Program-made: the position numbers and the translations under genes
Source: Parcubacteria group bacterium
GTDB taxonomy: Bacteria > Patescibacteriota > Minisyncoccia > Moranbacterales > GCA-2747515
DNA length: 64,000 bases
Direction: 5' to 3'
Assembly: GCA_041660065.1 (NCBI GenBank)
Contig: JBAZXC010000001.1
Span: forward strand, 392,535 to 456,534
Notes under the pieces: generated by a model
What the model saw: the letters and a program-made list of their open reading frames with translations, nothing else
The model's database searches: none
Told to the model about the DNA's origin: nothing
Shown: piece by piece, positions 60,556 through 64,000 of the stretch
Position numbering within the stretch: the first letter of the stretch is position 1
Layout of the letters: every line of letters starts with the position of its first letter

Positions 60556-62106
60556 TCATTTTTTAATTATTTCACCAGACCGTACGCCTGTATACTTACC
60601 ATATTTAACCGCAATTTGTCCATTAATGATCGACCATCGAACACCTTGTGCATAATGATATACATATACTTGTTCCACATGGTCAGCGAACTCCTTCGGA
60701 TCGATAATGACAATATCCGCTTTCATATTGTTTGCAATCTTTCCCCGATCACGCAAGCCAAGCTCTTGCGCTACTTTATATGTGCATTTATTGATCATCG
60801 TTTCAATATCGCACACGCCTTGTTGTTGTACATATTGTGCAAATACTCGCGGAAAAGCACCGAATGAACGGGGGTGCTCAATATTCTCATTTCTTTTGGT
60901 AATCGTCAAGCCCATGCCATTTGATGATATAACGGAGTTTTTGCTACGAATACCTCGTGCAATATTTTCTTCACTGATACTCTCACAAAACACAACGACT
61001 TGACCATCCGATGCCAGTAGAACATCCATAACGGCTTCGTTAACACTGTTGCCTTGTTTTTTTGCAATATCGCGAAATGTTTTTCCGCAATAGTAATGCG
61101 ACCGTTGCGTTTCTGCAACAACAACATCGGAGAGATCATATCCATTATTCATTTCGGACACAACGCGTTCACGAATTTTTTTATTGCGCAATCGTTCCAG
61201 CATCATCCGGCGTCCACCTTCACTCACCCACTCCGGCAAAAAAGTATACAGAACGGTTGCCGAAAATGTATATGGATAAATATCAAAAACAACCGGTGTT
61301 TTTTCGATTTTTTCAATTAGTTTTTCCATAAGTGACCAGTTTTTCTTTTGCATGACTTTGAGATGCGAGATGTGCGTGCGTGCGTGCGACACATTTTGAA
61401 CATCCAACACCTCATCAACCGCTTCGAGAATACGCTCTCCTTCATCCCTCAAATGCGCAACAAACAATCCTCCATTTTCCGCAACAATATTTCCAATCAT
61501 CATCAGTTCCTCTTTTGTTACTTTCTTTTCATGCGAATACACCAACCCTGTCGAAACACCCAGAGCACCTTGTTGTATGCTTTCTGTAATGTGTTTTTTG
61601 ATCGATACCAATTCCGTATCAGTAAGTGTGCGTGATACATCACCGGTAATCCCTCGTCGCAAAGTTCCATAGCCGACAAATGTGCCAAAATTCACCGCGA
61701 GATTTCGCTTTTCGATCACGGCAAGAAAATCTTCCATGCTTTGCCAATCGATATTGATACTGCTTACATCATGCCATTTGCGCAATGCCTGCATCATTTC
61801 TTCGTTATAGATCGGCGCCAACGATGTGCCGGAATTCCCTCCAATGATTGTCGTGACGCCTTGATAGATCATACTCTCCATCTGCGGATCCAAAAACAAT
61901 CGCCATCGCGTATCCGATCGGTTGGAAATATCAATGAACCCCGGCACAACGGTCAATTCACTCGCATCAATGACCTCTCGCGCTTGATCACCTGTGAGAT
62001 CGCCGATTTCCGTAATCATACCACCATTGATCGCGACATCTTTTTTTTCTCCCTTTGCACCTGTGCCATCCACAACAGTGCCATTTTTGATCAAAATATC
62101 ATGCAT
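60556..62106 (-). CDS. N-acyl-D-amino-acid deacylase-like amidohydrolase
   Basis: IKNGTVVDGTG, PGFID, GVTT..GGN, HLRDEG, HPRSFGAFPR; the HxH and Cys metal ligands look substituted (ISNRSD, GNSG). Confidence 0.85.
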   Translation of the reverse strand: MHDILIKNGTVVDGTGAKGEKKDVAINGGMITEIGDLTGDQAREVIDASELTVVPGFIDISNRSDTRWRLFLDPQMESMIYQGVTTIIGGNSGTSLAPIYNEEMMQALRKWHDVSSINIDWQSMEDFLAVIEKRNLAVNFGTFVGYGTLRRGITGDVSRTLTDTELVSIKKHITESIQQGALGVSTGLVYSHEKKVTKEELMMIGNIVAENGGLFVAHLRDEGERILEAVDEVLDVQNVSHARTHISHLKVMQKKNWSLMEKLIEKIEKTPVVFDIYPYTFSATVLYTFLPEWVSEGGRRMMLERLRNKKIRERVVSEMNNGYDLSDVVVAETQRSHYYCGKTFRDIAKKQGNSVNEAVMDVLLASDGQVVVFCESISEENIARGIRSKNSVISSNGMGLTITKRNENIEHPRSFGAFPRVFAQYVQQQGVCDIETMINKCTYKVAQELGLRDRGKIANNMKADIVIIDPKEFADHVEQVYVYHYAQGVRWSIINGQIAVKYGKYTGVRSGEIIKK

Positions 62107-62119
62107 ACTTTTATTTTAT

Positions 62120-62818
62120 TTAAAGCGACAAGTAGAAGAAAATATTCCACATAAACATTATTCCTCCATAGAAAATGGAAGAAAAAACGGGGATCACCAG
62201 CAGTGCGATAATAATGAGAAATCCCCATTGTTCAAAAAACATTTGTGTCTGCGGTCTCATGCGAAAGAAAACATATAATATCTTCGATCCGTCCAGTGGC
62301 GGGATCGGAATGATATTAAACGTCCCCAGCAGTACATTCCAAAATATCACCATCGCGCAAAGTGTGAACAGCACCATCGCCGGTGACCCAACAATGTTTT
62401 GTGCAACAGCATACCATTGCGCGCTCATCAAGTTATTTATCACGATCATTTTTTGATCCACAGAAACATTGATCATCGATGCGATCAGTGCCGCAATCAA
62501 TGCGATAATATAATTTGTGATTGGCCCGGAAAATGCAACGATCACCTCTCCCCATTTTTTGATCCGCAAATTGTTGGGATTATATGGCACAGGCTTCGCC
62601 CATCCAAACGCAAATCCCGTCATGACGATCATGACAATCGGCAAGACGATCGACCCAATGAGATCAATGTGACGCAATGGTTCCAATGAAAGTCTCCCCG
62701 CATATTTAGCCGTCTTGTCTCCCAACCACAGTGCAACAACACCATGCGACACCTCATGCAAGATGATGCTGTAAATAAGGATGATCAAATAAAAGACAAT
62801 CAAAAAAAATTGTTCCAT
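62120..62818 (-). CDS. Site-2 protease (M50)
   Basis: HEVSH, GWAKPVP, FNIIPIPPLDG. Confidence 0.93.
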   Translation of the reverse strand: MEQFFLIVFYLIILIYSIILHEVSHGVVALWLGDKTAKYAGRLSLEPLRHIDLIGSIVLPIVMIVMTGFAFGWAKPVPYNPNNLRIKKWGEVIVAFSGPITNYIIALIAALIASMINVSVDQKMIVINNLMSAQWYAVAQNIVGSPAMVLFTLCAMVIFWNVLLGTFNIIPIPPLDGSKILYVFFRMRPQTQMFFEQWGFLIIIALLVIPVFSSIFYGGIMFMWNIFFYLSL

Positions 62819-62992
62819 AATCGCGCAACAATACGGTGATAAAATCTTACTCCTTTATCATTATATACCACATTCAACCTCTTGGTAAGACACAAGGTCA
62901 CCAGTCATTGCATGCCGATAGACAAACTTTGTTTCACTCGCAATAACATATGCATAATATGTATTGCCTACATTTATTAAAAAATGGAACAA

Positions 62993-63952
62993 CTATGCGC
63001 CTCCATGTGATTGTCGCGCCTTCATGAGTTCGATCGGTTCGGTAAATACCATATTTTCTTTTACAGTACTTACATGTTTTACAATCGCACTATCCTGTAC
63101 AAAACGACCTACAATTTCTTGCACTTTATACTCAGGCGCACTTGCACCGGCACTGATCCCGACATGCTCAATGCCTTCAAGCCAGTCTGACTGAATTTCC
63201 TCAACAGAATCGATGAGATATGCGTGGCATCCATTTTGTTCTGCAACTTCTCGCAAACGATTAGAGTTTGATGATGTCTTCGATCCGACAATCAGCATAA
63301 GATCAACCATGTGTGACACGTGGCGAATAGCCTTCTGACGATTCGTCGTCGCGTAACAAATATCCTTTGCCGGCGGCTCTACGATCTGTGCACACCGCTT
63401 TTTGATCGTTTCAATAATTTCCCTTGTTTCATCAACACTCAGTGTCGTCTGTGTCAAACATGCGACCTTTTCATTCGGTTCACAAAATATTTGTTCTGCG
63501 TCTGCGACACTCTCTATAGTAGGCACATCAACACCATACTGAAGCGCCTCGCCAATCACCCCCAGACCTTCCACATGCCCTTTATGTCCGATATAAATGA
63601 TCTTATATCCATCTCTGATATATTGCTTGATCTCCATATGCACTTTTGCGACCAATGGACATGTTGCATCAATAACGCGAATATTGCGCCTCACGGCCTC
63701 CTCATAGTGTTCCGGCGGTGACCCGTGTGCGCTGAACACAGCGACCGATCCTTCCGGAATATCAGAAACGTGTTCCACTGTGATTACGCCTTTTTTTTCC
63801 AGATCACTTACAACAGTTTTATTATGCACGATCGCATGTTTGACATAAATTGGTGCACCAAAGATTTCCAAGCAATCTTCCACCACTTTGATCGACCGCG
63901 CCACGCCGGCACAAAAACCGCGCGGTGACACAACAATAACCTCTTTTATCAT
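62993..63952 (-). CDS. ispH: 4-hydroxy-3-methylbut-2-enyl diphosphate reductase
   Basis: GFCAGV, IVHN, DATCPLV, ICYAT.NRQ, SSNS, AGASAP. Confidence 0.96.
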   Translation of the reverse strand: MIKEVIVVSPRGFCAGVARSIKVVEDCLEIFGAPIYVKHAIVHNKTVVSDLEKKGVITVEHVSDIPEGSVAVFSAHGSPPEHYEEAVRRNIRVIDATCPLVAKVHMEIKQYIRDGYKIIYIGHKGHVEGLGVIGEALQYGVDVPTIESVADAEQIFCEPNEKVACLTQTTLSVDETREIIETIKKRCAQIVEPPAKDICYATTNRQKAIRHVSHMVDLMLIVGSKTSSNSNRLREVAEQNGCHAYLIDSVEEIQSDWLEGIEHVGISAGASAPEYKVQEIVGRFVQDSAIVKHVSTVKENMVFTEPIELMKARQSHGGA

Positions 63953-63983
63953 AAAAATATCATCAAAAGTTAATTTCCACCTT

Positions 63984-64000
63984 TGTCATCCTGAACTTGT
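63984..64000. repeat. Start of another GTCAT-tagged repeat (cut by the window edge)
   Basis: TGTCATCCTGAACTTGT, identical to 26027-26043. Confidence 0.75.

Overview
Bacterial chromosome segment read with standard code 11. The gene set and repeat landscape (short EF-Ts, short AtpH and AlaS, VirD4-like ATPase with a CxxC-x17-CxxC tail, sigma70-r4/HTH fusion, tRNAs without encoded CCA, GC-rich mini-palindromes) suggest Patescibacteria/CPR, probably Parcubacteria; this is an inference. Core content: tsf-rpsB, rpmE-prfA, a glycan-assembly locus, a MacAB-type ABC system, malic enzyme, rpmG-rpmB, mraZ-rsmH-ftsL-PBP-murF, alaS, a full F0F1 operon, rseP, frr, murD, ispH and eight intact tRNAs. Accessory content: an AT-rich island with AIPR and TIGR02391 proteins beside tRNA-Trp, a direct-repeat-bounded block of secreted proteins and lipoproteins including a beta-barrel-like protein, a possible DGR target, and an antisense gene inside the atp operon. 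The most striking signal is a tRNA-associated GIY-YIG system. An intact mini GIY-YIG gene and a second truncated one each end exactly 8 nt upstream of a tRNA gene. Intact tRNA-Trp and tRNA-Ile are each flanked on both sides by defective copies of themselves carrying the same short hairpin at the same position. One of these mini-hairpins also occurs nested inside a REP-like repeat and beside tRNA-Glu.
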